Assembly (NCBI GenBank): GCA_965218795.1
Contig: OZ244653.1
Coordinates: forward strand, 3,680,001-3,744,000
From: a bacterium
Lineage (GTDB): Bacteria; UBA8248; JACPRG01; G963555815
Direction of reading: 5' to 3'
Length of the DNA: 64,000 bases
The notes below the pieces were generated by a model. That model had not been told where the DNA came from. It saw only the letters and a list, made by a program, of their open reading frames with translations, and did no database searches. Shown here piece by piece: positions 8,962 through 19,138 of this stretch (the stretch's first letter is position 1; the number at the start of each line of letters is the position of its first letter). The position numbers and the translations under genes were made by a program.

Positions 8962-10232
8962 TGCGCGGATGGCTGATCTGCATGGGTCTGATTGCGGCGC
9001 TCCTGCTCCTTCCGGCGAATGCGCGGCCTGTCCGCGCTTCTACGCTGAAGGTCCACCCCGCTCCAACGGCACCGGCCGTCGATTCCTGCTGGGACTGCCA
9101 TCAGGAGGACAAGCAGGGGAGGCGGCACCGGGCGAGCATTCACTTCACCTTCGGGGTCGGCTGTGCGGGCTGCCACGGCGGCGACCCGACGAAGACCAGG
9201 CGCGAGGACGCGGAAGCCGAGGGGGCCGGGTTCAAGGGCGAGATATCGGTGTTCGACATCCCCGAGGTCTGCGCCAAGTGCCACGGGGAAGCGGAGAACG
9301 CGCAATGGTCGAGGCTCAAGCGAAACGCCTTCGAGGAGTACAAGCAGGGTTTTCACGCCGAGGCGTTATGGGGAAAGGAAGAGCCGGGAGCGCCCCAGTG
9401 CGCCACTTGCCACGGCGCCCACCGGATACTCCGCTCCGATGACCCCGAATCGCCCAGCCATCCGGCCAACGTCAACCGGACCTGCGCGAAATGCCACGGA
9501 GACGAACAGTACAAGGAGGACTTCGGCCTGGATCCGGAGGTCCCGGCCCGCGTGGCGAAAAGCGTCCACGGCCCGAGGGATGTCTGGGATCCGGAACGGA
9601 ATCTTCCCAACTGCGCTTCCTGTCACGGGGCCCACTGGAACGCCCGGCCCAAGGGAAAGCAGGTGTTCGACTCCTGCGGCATGTGCCACCGGCCCGAGCG
9701 GGAGGCCTTCCACGCCGCCAATCCTCATTTTTCAAAGGATGTCCACTGCGCCAAGTGTCACGGCTCTCACGCCGTCAAGCCGGCCACGCCGGCCCTGTTT
9801 CGGGATCCCGAGGTGTGCGGAGCCTGCCACAGCCCGGCGAAGAACGCGCAGGACCCCGCGCTCGAATACATCGACCGGGTGCTCAAGGCCGCCGCGCCGG
9901 TGGAGGCCTCGCTGACGAACGCGCGCGCGACCCTGGCTCGACTGCGAAAGGCGGGCTTCGATCCGGAGGACGGGGCCAGCCGTCTCGGGCGCGCCCGGCG
10001 CGCTCTGCTGACCCGCTTCGGGCAGGTCCAGCACCGGCTGCATCTCGTCAAGAACTTCAAGGCGCTGGAGGCGGTCGGCGAGCAGGCGAAGGCGGCCGAG
10101 GCATCGCTCCTGGCGGCCCGGCGCGGGCATCGGTGGACGCGCATCGCGCTGTGGGTCGGCGCGGCCTATCTGATTTTTTTGGGGGCGCTCCTGTGGCGAA
10201 GAATGTCCAGGAATCAGTCCTTTTACAGATGA
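8961..10232 (+). CDS. Membrane-anchored multiheme (9x CxxCH) cytochrome c
   Basis: Signal peptide; CWDCH, CAGCH, CAKCH, CATCH, CAKCH, CASCH, CGMCH, CAKCH, CGACH; C-terminal TM helix; start overlaps the cyt b stop. Confidence 0.9.
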   Translation: MRGWLICMGLIAALLLLPANARPVRASTLKVHPAPTAPAVDSCWDCHQEDKQGRRHRASIHFTFGVGCAGCHGGDPTKTRREDAEAEGAGFKGEISVFDIPEVCAKCHGEAENAQWSRLKRNAFEEYKQGFHAEALWGKEEPGAPQCATCHGAHRILRSDDPESPSHPANVNRTCAKCHGDEQYKEDFGLDPEVPARVAKSVHGPRDVWDPERNLPNCASCHGAHWNARPKGKQVFDSCGMCHRPEREAFHAANPHFSKDVHCAKCHGSHAVKPATPALFRDPEVCGACHSPAKNAQDPALEYIDRVLKAAAPVEASLTNARATLARLRKAGFDPEDGASRLGRARRALLTRFGQVQHRLHLVKNFKALEAVGEQAKAAEASLLAARRGHRWTRIALWVGAAYLIFLGALLWRRMSRNQSFYR

Positions 10233-10343
10233 AAAAGATATCTTCCATAACACTTTCATCTTATTTTTGTGCTATTCTGGTTTGAAAGGAGGGCTTTACG
10301 GGACGAACGACAACCGGGGCTGCAAGCGGTGGGAAGCGCGCTG

Positions 10344-10420
10344 CGACGAGCAAATCTTGCCGAGCATCGACTGTGCGTTCTGGAGTTGGCCGATGTCCTG
10401 GGCAACGTATCGGGGGCTTG
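10344..10420 (+). pseudogene. IS481-like transposase N-terminal remnant
   Basis: LAEHRLCVLELADVLGNVSGA resembles the RLSxLELAxxLGNVSxAC start of IS481-type transposases. Confidence 0.45.
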
Positions 10421-10433
10421 GCCCCTGTATTCT

Positions 10434-10621
10434 GGATTCCCGCCTACGCGGGAATGACGATCAAAAGGGTTGGACAGGGGGAGTGCGACGGAGGTGTGGG
10501 AATTCCGCGCTGTCTGAGTCGTTTGTCATTCCTGCTCCGATAGAAACCTTCGAAGGCGAGCTGCACGCAAGAATCCATTCGGCAGGCTCTTTGTCTGTCA
10601 TTCCTGCGCAGGCGGGAATCC
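10434..10621. repeat. Cluster of three GTCATTCC-type REPs
   Basis: Copies at 10434-10458 (inverted), 10525-10576 (expanded) and 10597-10621. Confidence 0.8.
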
Positions 10622-10744
10622 AGAAGGACGAAGCAGGAGGAGAGCGGCGGTGCTCAGAACAATGCGATGTCCGGACTTCCTCGGGCAAGGGGGTTTTCCC
10701 CTTGGAGCCGCCTGTAGCATGATGGGGTTGCAGCCGGAATTCAG

Positions 10745-10945
10745 GGTCAAGCCCCTGCTTGCAAGGGTCGGGGATTGGAAGGGGTTTCTTCTGGTCGTCG
10801 GCCTGACGGAGGAGGAGATTGAGCGGATACGGCGTCATGAGAGCGACAGGCAGACCCTTGGGCGATGACGGTTTTGTTGGAAGGCTTGAACAGGCATTGG
10901 CCGTATCCTGCAAAGGAAGAAAACAGGACGAAAAAGGGCATAAGC
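10745..10945 (+). pseudogene. REP-associated tyrosine transposase (RAYT) C-terminal remnant, frameshifted
   Basis: VGDWKGFL...EIERIRRHE / TGRPLGDDGFVGRLE in two frames. Confidence 0.6.
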
Positions 10946-11025
10946 ATAGATCGGGGTGGGGTCCGCTCGATGCCGATTTCTTGAAAAAGCGTCGGAGCTT
11001 CTGCACGGGGGACCACTGACCACCA

Positions 11026-11796
11026 CTAATGGAAAGAGGATTCGTTCGGTTCTTTTCGGTCTGCGATGGCCGGGGAAAAGTCGGCGAGAAGACGGGCTAA
11101 AAATTCCTGAAGTGTCTGCAGCGCTCGCCGCATGACCCCGGCGCGTGTCAAAAAACCGGCTCCGTCCGTCAGCGTGCGAACGGGATGTTTCCATCCCCTG
11201 CGGAAATCCGGCAGCGTCGTGTGAGCATTATCGGTAATAACGCGGACGGACAGATACGGCATTCCGCGCACCAACCCTCCCACGGCGGCGCTTTCCATGT
11301 CCACGGCCGACCCGCCTGACGCCTTTCGGAGGGCGTCTTTTTCTCTGGGCGAGGAGGCCGGCTCATCGACGCTGATCACACCGCCGGATGTGGCGCGGAA
11401 ACCGCCTTGTTCGGCTTTACGTTTCGCTTCCGCGCCCCAAATCGGATCGCAGACGGATTTTCCGGCTTCCCCTTTCGCCTCCATCACCCACTCGGCGAGG
11501 ACCAGGTCGCCCACTTGCAGATCGGGATCCAGGGCCCCCGCCGAGCCGGTACACAGGACGGCCGAAACGCCTTTGGTCATCAGCGCGCGCGCTGCGTCCG
11601 CGGCTTTCCCCGGGCCCATCCCCCCCGGGACTATCAAGACGCGCGATGTCCCCAGGCGGCCTTCCCAGGCGCTCCTTCCGCTCAAATCGACGCTTCGCGG
11701 ATCGATGAGGCTTCCGGCCAGGGAGGAGACCTCCGCCCGAAAGGCGCTGATCACCCCGACGATGGATTCGGCATTCCGGTGAGCTTCCGGGTTCAC
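11026..11796 (-). CDS. hpnG: Hopanoid-associated nucleoside phosphorylase
   Basis: GGMGP, TGSAGALDPDLQVGDLV, AVDMES, SVRVITD; directly downstream of shc. Confidence 0.75.
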   Translation of the reverse strand: MNPEAHRNAESIVGVISAFRAEVSSLAGSLIDPRSVDLSGRSAWEGRLGTSRVLIVPGGMGPGKAADAARALMTKGVSAVLCTGSAGALDPDLQVGDLVLAEWVMEAKGEAGKSVCDPIWGAEAKRKAEQGGFRATSGGVISVDEPASSPREKDALRKASGGSAVDMESAAVGGLVRGMPYLSVRVITDNAHTTLPDFRRGWKHPVRTLTDGAGFLTRAGVMRRALQTLQEFLARLLADFSPAIADRKEPNESSFH

Positions 11797-11820
11797 CGGA
11801 GGACTCGCTTCACGGAGGAA

Positions 11821-13809
11821 TCACTGCGTGAGGTGGTGATAGCGCCCGAGGGCCGCCAGCGGGAAGTAGTGGCGATAGAAGTGGTACCGGAGGTAGAAGA
11901 CCTTGGGAAATCCCGTCCCTGTCCATTCCTCCTCATTCCAGGTTCCTCCGGCGGTCTGGCCGTTTAAGAGGAAGTCGATGCCCCGTTGCGTAGCCGGATG
12001 GCTCACCTCACCGCCCGCCATCAGGCCCATCAGCGCCCAGGCGGTCTGCGAGGGGGTGCTGACGCCCTGGCCGCGCAGGCCCGGATCGTCATAGGACGCG
12101 ATGGTCTCGCCCCAGCCGCCGTCTTCGTTCTGATGATCGAAGAGCCATTGGACGGCCTGCCGGACATAGGGCGCATTCATGTCCTCCTTGACGCTGGCCA
12201 AGCCCTGGAGCACGATGTGCGTGCCGTAGATATAGTTGACTCCCCAGCGGCCGTACCAGCAGCCATCCTCCTCTTGCTGCTTGTTGAGGAAGCGGATGGC
12301 CCGTCGGACGGCAGGCGTTTTCCTGCCGTGGCCGAAGCGTCCCAAAAGCTCCAGCACCCTGCCCGTCAGGTCGGCGGTGCTGGGGTCCAGGACGGCCCCG
12401 TGATCCGCGTAGGGAATATTGTTCAGGATGGTCTTGTTGTTGTTCCGCTCGAAGGCCGCCCAGCCGCCGTCACTGCATTGCATCCCGAGCGCCCAGTTGA
12501 GACCCCGCTGAATGGCCTCAGCCTTCTCCTTCTCATCCTTCAGAGCGATTCGCTGCAAGCTCATCAGGACGGCGCTGGTGTCGTCATTGTCCGGGTAAGA
12601 CTCGTTATTGAACTGGAAGGCCCAACCGCCCGGCTCCGCTCCGTTCCCCTTGATACGCCAATCCCCATGGGTGGAGGTCTGTTTCGTCAGCAGCCATTCC
12701 GCGGCTCGGACCAGCGCGGGATGCTCTCCGGATACGCCGGCCTCGAGAAGGGCGTAGCACGCCAAGGCGGTGTCCCAGACAGGCGAGACGCAAGGTTGGA
12801 CGCGGAGATGATCGCTTTCTTCAATCACCAGGTCTTCAAAATCCTGGATGGACTTGCCCAGTGCGGGATTATCCTCCTTGTCGTACCCGAGCACGTGCAT
12901 GGCGATGATGGAGTTGGCCATTGCGGGGTAGATCGCGCCCAGGCCGTCAGTCTTGAAATGGCGTTTCTGGATCCACGCTTCCGCTTTCTGAATGGACCGG
13001 GTCCGGATCTCCGATATGTTTTTCTTCTCAAGAAATTTGAGGACGGCGTCTCCCATGAGGAAGAGCGTCCGCAGGAAGGTCCGGTTCTGGCTCCCTCCGT
13101 GGAACCAATCCGCTTTGGAAGGTCCTTTGAGGTAGAGATCATCCAGGCTGTCGGGCGGCAGGGTCTGGACCTTGGGTTTGATGGCCGCCACGATGAGCAG
13201 CGGAACGATGATCGTTCGCGTCCAGTACGAGATCTCGTAGATGTTCACATACAGCCAGTTGGGCGCGAAGATCAACTCGACCGGCATCGAAGGGATTTGA
13301 TCCCATTCGATCTGTCCGTTGAGGGCAAGGTAGATTTTCGTGAAAACGTTGGCTCGTTCCAATCCGCCGAGACGGTGCACCGCCTCCCGGGCGTGGACCA
13401 TCATGGCGTGGCCTTCTTCCACGCCGGCCAGCTTCAAGGCGAAGTATGCCTTGACGGTGACGTTGATCTCCGACGGCCCCCCCCGATAGATGTTCCATCC
13501 GCCGTCGGGAAGTTGTTCCATCTCGATATGGCGGACGGCCTTTCGCTTGATGTTTTCGGTGAGCGTGCCCAGAAAGGCCTTGAGCATGATGTAATCGGAC
13601 GTCAGGGTGGTGTCGGCCTGCAACTCAGCCACCCAGTACCCCTCGTCCGGGTCCTGTCGGGCGAGCAGCCAATCCCGGGCCCGCTCGATAGCCTTCCGGG
13701 TGTCCTCCGTCCTCTCGTAAAGGTCCCGTTCTGTGGTTCGGACGACTGCCAGGGGTATCGGGTTCGTCAATGCGATTTTACTCAAAAGGTCAGGGGTTTC
13801 ATCTTCCAC
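11821..13809 (-). CDS. shc: Squalene-hopene cyclase
   Basis: YPDNDDT catalytic motif, QW repeats (QxxDGGW), SPVWDT, GTGFPKVFYLRYHFY. Confidence 0.97.
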   Translation of the reverse strand: MEDETPDLLSKIALTNPIPLAVVRTTERDLYERTEDTRKAIERARDWLLARQDPDEGYWVAELQADTTLTSDYIMLKAFLGTLTENIKRKAVRHIEMEQLPDGGWNIYRGGPSEINVTVKAYFALKLAGVEEGHAMMVHAREAVHRLGGLERANVFTKIYLALNGQIEWDQIPSMPVELIFAPNWLYVNIYEISYWTRTIIVPLLIVAAIKPKVQTLPPDSLDDLYLKGPSKADWFHGGSQNRTFLRTLFLMGDAVLKFLEKKNISEIRTRSIQKAEAWIQKRHFKTDGLGAIYPAMANSIIAMHVLGYDKEDNPALGKSIQDFEDLVIEESDHLRVQPCVSPVWDTALACYALLEAGVSGEHPALVRAAEWLLTKQTSTHGDWRIKGNGAEPGGWAFQFNNESYPDNDDTSAVLMSLQRIALKDEKEKAEAIQRGLNWALGMQCSDGGWAAFERNNNKTILNNIPYADHGAVLDPSTADLTGRVLELLGRFGHGRKTPAVRRAIRFLNKQQEEDGCWYGRWGVNYIYGTHIVLQGLASVKEDMNAPYVRQAVQWLFDHQNEDGGWGETIASYDDPGLRGQGVSTPSQTAWALMGLMAGGEVSHPATQRGIDFLLNGQTAGGTWNEEEWTGTGFPKVFYLRYHFYRHYFPLAALGRYHHLTQ

Positions 13810-13929
13810 AGGGGTGAATCGAACCCAAGCATTGAAATGTTTCCGACCGGGGCCATTGATTGCGGTTCTGGGGCTTCTCGGGGCGGCGTGAGAAGCCGCT
13901 TCCGGACCAGGAATGGATCAGGATCAATC

Positions 13930-14196
13930 TCAAGCCGGAGTCAGGAGCGAATCGAGATCTCCTGATTCTTGAAGCTGCAGCAATTCGGGGTAACCCCCAA
14001 CGGACTTGCCGTCGATGACGATTTGAGGGACCGTCTTGGCGCCCCCCGTGATCGTCATCATCTCTTCCCATTCGGGGGTTCCGCCGAATACCATCTTCTC
14101 CTCGTACGCGATGCCCTTCTTCTCCAACAGCATCTTCGCCATTCGGCAGTAGCCGCAGGGCTCTGTCGTATACACAAAAACCTTTGGTTCCGACAC
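13930..14196 (-). CDS. grxC: Glutaredoxin 3-like
   Basis: CGYC, TVPQIVIDG..VGGY; GTG start with AAGGAGGT RBS. Confidence 0.9.
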   Translation of the reverse strand: MSEPKVFVYTTEPCGYCRMAKMLLEKKGIAYEEKMVFGGTPEWEEMMTITGGAKTVPQIVIDGKSVGGYPELLQLQESGDLDSLLTPA

Positions 14197-14297
14197 TTCC
14201 GCTCGACCTCCTTGCATGAACGCATGTCCTTGCCGAATTCTGACGTTCAAGTCTAGACCTCCAACTGATTTCCGTCAAATCATCAGGCGATCGGGTC

Positions 14298-14618
14298 GTG
14301 GGTCATTTTGGCACGGATGAATCACGATACATCTTTTCCCTCACGAAACGATCATCCTTCGGGTGTGGTTCTTTTGCAGGAGAGACCCTTGCGGTTTCCG
14401 CCGGAGGGATCAATCTTTCCCCCTCCGTTTGGGACGTTGCTGCGACGCGACGGACCCTCAAATGCCATTCCGGTCGCAAATCGTTGCCCGCGCGAGGAAT
14501 CTCCACTTCGCAGCCTGGAAATTACCCTTCAGATTCAGTGGAACGGGGCTGGTGCTCCATCCTCTGTGACTTTCATCGGTCCAATTTTTTCAAGCCTGAA
14601 AAAATCAAAATGACCCAC
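14298..14618. mobile_element. MITE-like element, 321 bp
   Basis: Perfect 13-bp terminal inverted repeats gtgggtcattttg / caaaatgacccac; no convincing internal gene. Confidence 0.6.
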
Positions 14619-14832
14619 AACCGGCGATCTCTCGGGGGCGAGGAAAGAGCATTGGATCCCAACCTGTGACCTGCACGGGGGAACGGTGGGCGCAGGCCGT
14701 CGGTTCTGTCCATTTCTTTTTCTTCAGAGGTTGCATTTTCCGGGTCAATCGACCATTCAGTATAGAAGCGCGTTCAGATAGGGGTATATTTCTTACATTC
14801 GTGGAAATTTTCGGAGCCCGAACCCGTCACCG

Positions 14833-15942
14833 ATGGATCATCAGTGGGACAGGCGAAAATTCCTCCGGCATGCGGCCCGATCGGGATTGGGAGCGATGGC
14901 GATGCTTTCCGGTTGTGGACGATTTGATCTGCTTTCACCCCCGGTTGGGCAGTCGCGGGAGGAGGCGGGTCTGGTTTCCCGCGATCCGGAATCCTTGTAC
15001 GCGCAGCATGGCCGCCCCGGTCACTGGTTCAACCCGTGGTGGAAGAACCCCCTGAAGTTTTACAGCTACTACAAGATGAGACTGATGTACAAGAACGAGT
15101 GGCTGGAGGCGAAAAGCCGTCCGCCGGTTGTCCCGAGGGTGGAAAACGGCGGGGATTACCTCTCCCGGCCGGAGCGATCGGCATCCATCACCTGGGTGGG
15201 GCACTGCACCTTTGTGATCAAGGACGGCCGGGATACGATTTTGACGGACCCCCAGTTCAACCGGCGCGCCTTGCTCCCGCGGCGGGTGTATCCCCCCGGC
15301 GTTCCCATCGAGAAAATCCCATCCGACGCCATTGCCCTGCTGTCCCACAATCATTACGACCACATGGACTCGTGGACCATCGAGACCCTGCCGAAGTCCC
15401 TCGCCTGGTTCGTGCCGGCCGGACTGGGGAAATGGTTCCGGGGCGTCGGCCGGAAGCGGGTCGTCGAGCTCGATTGGTGGGAAACGGCGCGCCACGGACC
15501 CTGGAAGGTGACCTGTCTCCCGGCCCAGCATTGGTCCAACCGGTTGGGGGTGTCGAGAAACAGCACCCTGTGGTGCTCCTGGCTCATTGAATCGGACGAG
15601 CGGAAGTACTTTTTCGCGGGGGATACCGGTTATTTTCACGGGTTTGCGGAGTACGGCCGGAAGCTGGGCCCCATCGACCTTGCGATGCTGCCCATCGGGG
15701 CTTATGTGCCGCGATGGTTCATGCGGTATTCTCATATGGATCCCGCAGAGGCTTACCGGGCCTTCGGGGAGCTTCGCGCGCGGTGGATGGTGCCGATGCA
15801 CTGGGGGACGTTCGACCTGACCAATGAGCCGATCGATCAGCCGCCGAAGGAGTTGAAAAAGGCGGTCCGGGACTCCGGTGGGGACCCGCGTGCGGTTCGG
15901 TTGATGGCCATCGGCGAACGCTGGTATCTTCCCGAGACGTAG
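14833..15942 (+). CDS. Tat-exported MBL-fold hydrolase (NAPE-PLD/RomA-like), probable lipoprotein
   Basis: DRRKFL...LSGC signal; SHNHYDH, PAQHWS, FAGDTG, PMHWGTF. Confidence 0.88.
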   Translation: MDHQWDRRKFLRHAARSGLGAMAMLSGCGRFDLLSPPVGQSREEAGLVSRDPESLYAQHGRPGHWFNPWWKNPLKFYSYYKMRLMYKNEWLEAKSRPPVVPRVENGGDYLSRPERSASITWVGHCTFVIKDGRDTILTDPQFNRRALLPRRVYPPGVPIEKIPSDAIALLSHNHYDHMDSWTIETLPKSLAWFVPAGLGKWFRGVGRKRVVELDWWETARHGPWKVTCLPAQHWSNRLGVSRNSTLWCSWLIESDERKYFFAGDTGYFHGFAEYGRKLGPIDLAMLPIGAYVPRWFMRYSHMDPAEAYRAFGELRARWMVPMHWGTFDLTNEPIDQPPKELKKAVRDSGGDPRAVRLMAIGERWYLPET

Positions 15943-16088
15943 CGGACTTCTCGCGTTCCCCCACTTGCCAGCGGAGAAATCATTGGAGCGAGTGGGGCGG
16001 TCCCGCCCTTGCGAATTACAAAATTCTCGAAATCGACGAAGTACTTTTGGAAAATTTATCGGTTTGTTTTTGAAGTGGACTCAACCTG

Positions 16089-16817
16089 TTGGCCACCCTG
16101 ATCTCCACGGTGTGGCTCTCGGTCCACCCCCCGCACGGGGGATCGGAACCAAAGGTTCCAGAAAGCGGTTTCCCTGTAAACCTGGTGAGCGCTTCCGACA
16201 GTAAACGGTTGCGGGAAATCCTCGAAGATTTCTCCATCTTCCGTCAGGATGTCATCCGCTTTGAAAGCGCGCCGAAGGTCTATCGATACCTTCTCGATCG
16301 GATTCCTCTCTCGGCCACGCTCATTCGCCTGCTCAAATTCGGGAAGTACAGGATTACGGAATCCACCGAAGGGCAGCTCCTTATGGACAATCAGGAAGGG
16401 CTGACCATGAAAGTGTGGATTTTCCACAAGGATGAGAAGCAGCTCGTCGCGCTGGCCGAAGGCGCCTATCATTCCTGGTGGACCACCGGAATCCGCGGCC
16501 GGGGGGCAATCTGGATTCAATTTCGTCCGCGGTTGATCAAGAGCGGCCCCGTGATGGAAAACAATTTTGTCGGTTACATCAAGTTTCGCAATCCGGTGGT
16601 CGAGATCGTCGCCAAGGTGGCGGACTTCTTCTTAAGACGGATGACGGACCGGGAGATCGGGAGAGGTCAAAGCGCCGGCCGGCTATTGGCGGAGCTGCTC
16701 GCGAAGGAGCCGGCCAAGGTTTATGAGGCCATGCAAAAGAGCCCGGAAGTCACCCCCCGGCAGGTGGAAGAGTTTCGGGACTATTTCCTCCGTTCTTTGG
16801 TTTCCGCGGAGCCATAG
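16089..16817 (+). CDS. Hypothetical protein
   Basis: 242-aa ORF with normal protein composition; start uncertain. Confidence 0.55.
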   Translation: MATLISTVWLSVHPPHGGSEPKVPESGFPVNLVSASDSKRLREILEDFSIFRQDVIRFESAPKVYRYLLDRIPLSATLIRLLKFGKYRITESTEGQLLMDNQEGLTMKVWIFHKDEKQLVALAEGAYHSWWTTGIRGRGAIWIQFRPRLIKSGPVMENNFVGYIKFRNPVVEIVAKVADFFLRRMTDREIGRGQSAGRLLAELLAKEPAKVYEAMQKSPEVTPRQVEEFRDYFLRSLVSAEP

Positions 16818-16855
16818 GCTCGGGGGTTGGAACGGTCTGGCGGCCCATCCGCAGG

Positions 16856-17848
16856 CTATTCTTGCGGAAAGAAACCCAGTGCAACCGGTACGGGCGACCC
16901 TTTGACCCCCAGGGCGTGGGCTGGGGCAAAGGTTCTTTCCACAAACAACTGAGCGGATGTTCCGCCATCCATATTGAGCGCCCATTCAATTCGGCTCTCC
17001 GAAGCGTCCGTCTCCGAGCCCCCGTCGCTGTACTGGAGAAGCACGTCTCGAATCTCGCACCAGTTCATTCCGCCCAGGGGCGATGACGTCACCCAGATGA
17101 GAATCCTCCCTCTGGCGTCCAACGCAAGGATCGTGCGCCCGTCCAGCCGTTTTGCGTCATTCAACCCGTTCAGAGATGAAACATCCCTCCCGTTGGCGAT
17201 CAACAACGGACCTGCCTGGAGTGCGACTTCCTCCCCGTCAGGGCGGTAATCCTCGTTCCGCTGAATGGACGGGCGTCCATTTTTCATGAGGAACACACCG
17301 TCGTACAGGACGTCGCTCCGGCGGCCCCGCAGTCTGACGAGGGATTTCTTGCGCTTCCCATCGACAATCACAAGACCGAGGGGCCGAAAGGTCGTATCGA
17401 AGTACCCGCCGTTCGTCACGGCCAACGCACCGGAGCGATTGGCAAATTCATCAACCGTGGCGCTCTCCTGGCCGAAGGCCTTGGAGACCAGCCCCCGAAC
17501 GGCAACGGCGGCGGGGTCGGCTCGAACGATGTGCAGCGTTGCAGACGTGTCGCCGCCTTCCAGTGAGACACGGAGAATGCGCCCTTCAAGACCCTTGTAC
17601 AGTGTCCGCCAAGCGTCTCCCCGCGCGGTCAGAGACATTCCGCAGGGCCGCTCGCCGAGAAGCAGTCTTCTCGCGTGTTTCATCTTGTCCAGGATTTCGT
17701 CTGAAATGGATTGGGCCGAAGCCCTTCGGGCATTCTCGGAGTGGGGGGAGCCGCCGGCAAGAAACCCGACGGTGATGGACAGGAGAACAACCGCAACTTT
17801 TCTTGGCGTCAGTGATCGGCTTCGGGAGCCGGCGGAAGCGAAAATCAT
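16856..17848 (-). CDS. Phosphodiester glycosidase (NAGPA/DUF2233) family protein
   Basis: NGGYF, PLGLVIVDG, QAGPLL, RT, ALNMDGGTS. Confidence 0.8.
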   Translation of the reverse strand: MIFASAGSRSRSLTPRKVAVVLLSITVGFLAGGSPHSENARRASAQSISDEILDKMKHARRLLLGERPCGMSLTARGDAWRTLYKGLEGRILRVSLEGGDTSATLHIVRADPAAVAVRGLVSKAFGQESATVDEFANRSGALAVTNGGYFDTTFRPLGLVIVDGKRKKSLVRLRGRRSDVLYDGVFLMKNGRPSIQRNEDYRPDGEEVALQAGPLLIANGRDVSSLNGLNDAKRLDGRTILALDARGRILIWVTSSPLGGMNWCEIRDVLLQYSDGGSETDASESRIEWALNMDGGTSAQLFVERTFAPAHALGVKGSPVPVALGFFPQE

Positions 17849-18007
17849 GGGAGAATTTTACCCCACCCGCAATTTCAGATGGAATGCTTTTTATTCATCC
17901 GGGAGAATCAGCGGATCTCGGGATCATGGAATGACCGTCCAGAGGCCGGTCCAGGTGCGGCGAAACCGGAGCGGCGCGTTGCCGTTTTTTCTCGTGAGCG
18001 ATGGGGG

Positions 18008-19138
18008 TCAAGGCTGCGTCATCCAGCGGACCAGAAACAGGCTTGCATCCGGCCAATACGTAATGATGAGCAGAGCGAAGAGCAGCAGGGCCAGAAAGGG
18101 AAGGGAGGCGCGGTAGAGTTCGGTGACGGGGCGCTCGAACCGGTAACTCGCAATGAACAGGTTGAGTCCCACCGGCGGCGTTGCGTATCCGATCTCCAGG
18201 TTGGTGAGGAAGATAATCCCCAGGTGAACCGGATGGACGCCGAACTCCCTGGCGATGGGCGTGATCAGCGGAACGACAACGATGATGGCCGAGAAAATAT
18301 CCATCATCATTCCCACGACCAGGAGAAACAGGTTCAGAATCATCAGGAACGCGATTCGGCTGTCGATGTTCTCGCGAACCGCCTCCAGCAGCCGCATGGG
18401 GATTTCTTCGTCGATGAGAAAGCTCGTGAACCCCAGGGCCGTTCCGAGAATGATGAGGATTCCCCCGACGAGGATCATGCTTTCCCGAATGATTCTCGGC
18501 AGATCCCTCTTGAGGTTCAGGTCCTTGTAGACGAAGACTTCAACCACGAGCAGGTAGAAGGCCGTCACGGAGGCCGCAGGGCCGCCCGGTGTGATTTCAT
18601 TCCGGTCCGCATGCAGTAGAGGGCCAGGACCGCGATGATCAGGATTCCGGGAAAGAAACCGGCCAGGAAGAGGTGGTCCACCCGCGTCTGGGCGACCAGA
18701 CCGTAGAGTATCAAGGGAAGACTCGGTGCGAAGAGAAGGCCGAGACTGCCCGATGTGGTCAGCAGGCCGAGGGAGAACTTCTCCCCAAAACCCTCCTGCA
18801 TCAGCATCGGCGCCAGAAGCCCTGAAGGCCGTGAATCCGGCGCAGGCGACCAGGGTCACAAAGGCCACCCCTCCCGGCATCCATCCGAACAACGCGCGGG
18901 AGACGGCCAGCAGACGCTGGGGGGCGCCGCTTTTGGCCAGCAGGTATCCGGCAAAGGTGAAGAGCGGAATGGCCAGGAGGGTCGGCGCGCTGGCCATTCG
19001 GTAGAATTCGATCAGCACTGCGGCCGGGTGGATGCCCGCCGATTGAAATCCCAGGAGCGCGGCCCCCCCGATGACCCCGAACAAGGGCATGCCCAAGAGG
19101 GCCAGGAGAATCAGGACGAGCGAGCCCGCAAGGATCAT
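18008..19138 (-). pseudogene. dctM: TRAP large permease, disrupted
   Basis: LLAIPLFTFAG start; segment SGSLGLLFAPSLPLILYG is in another frame (18565-18807); NLEIGYATPPVGLNLF end. Confidence 0.8.

Noticed and set aside
11986-13965. Long antisense ORFs (also 38807-40465, 40936-42603, 25675-27156 and others)
   Set aside because: Shadow frames of real genes caused by high GC3; no family motifs.
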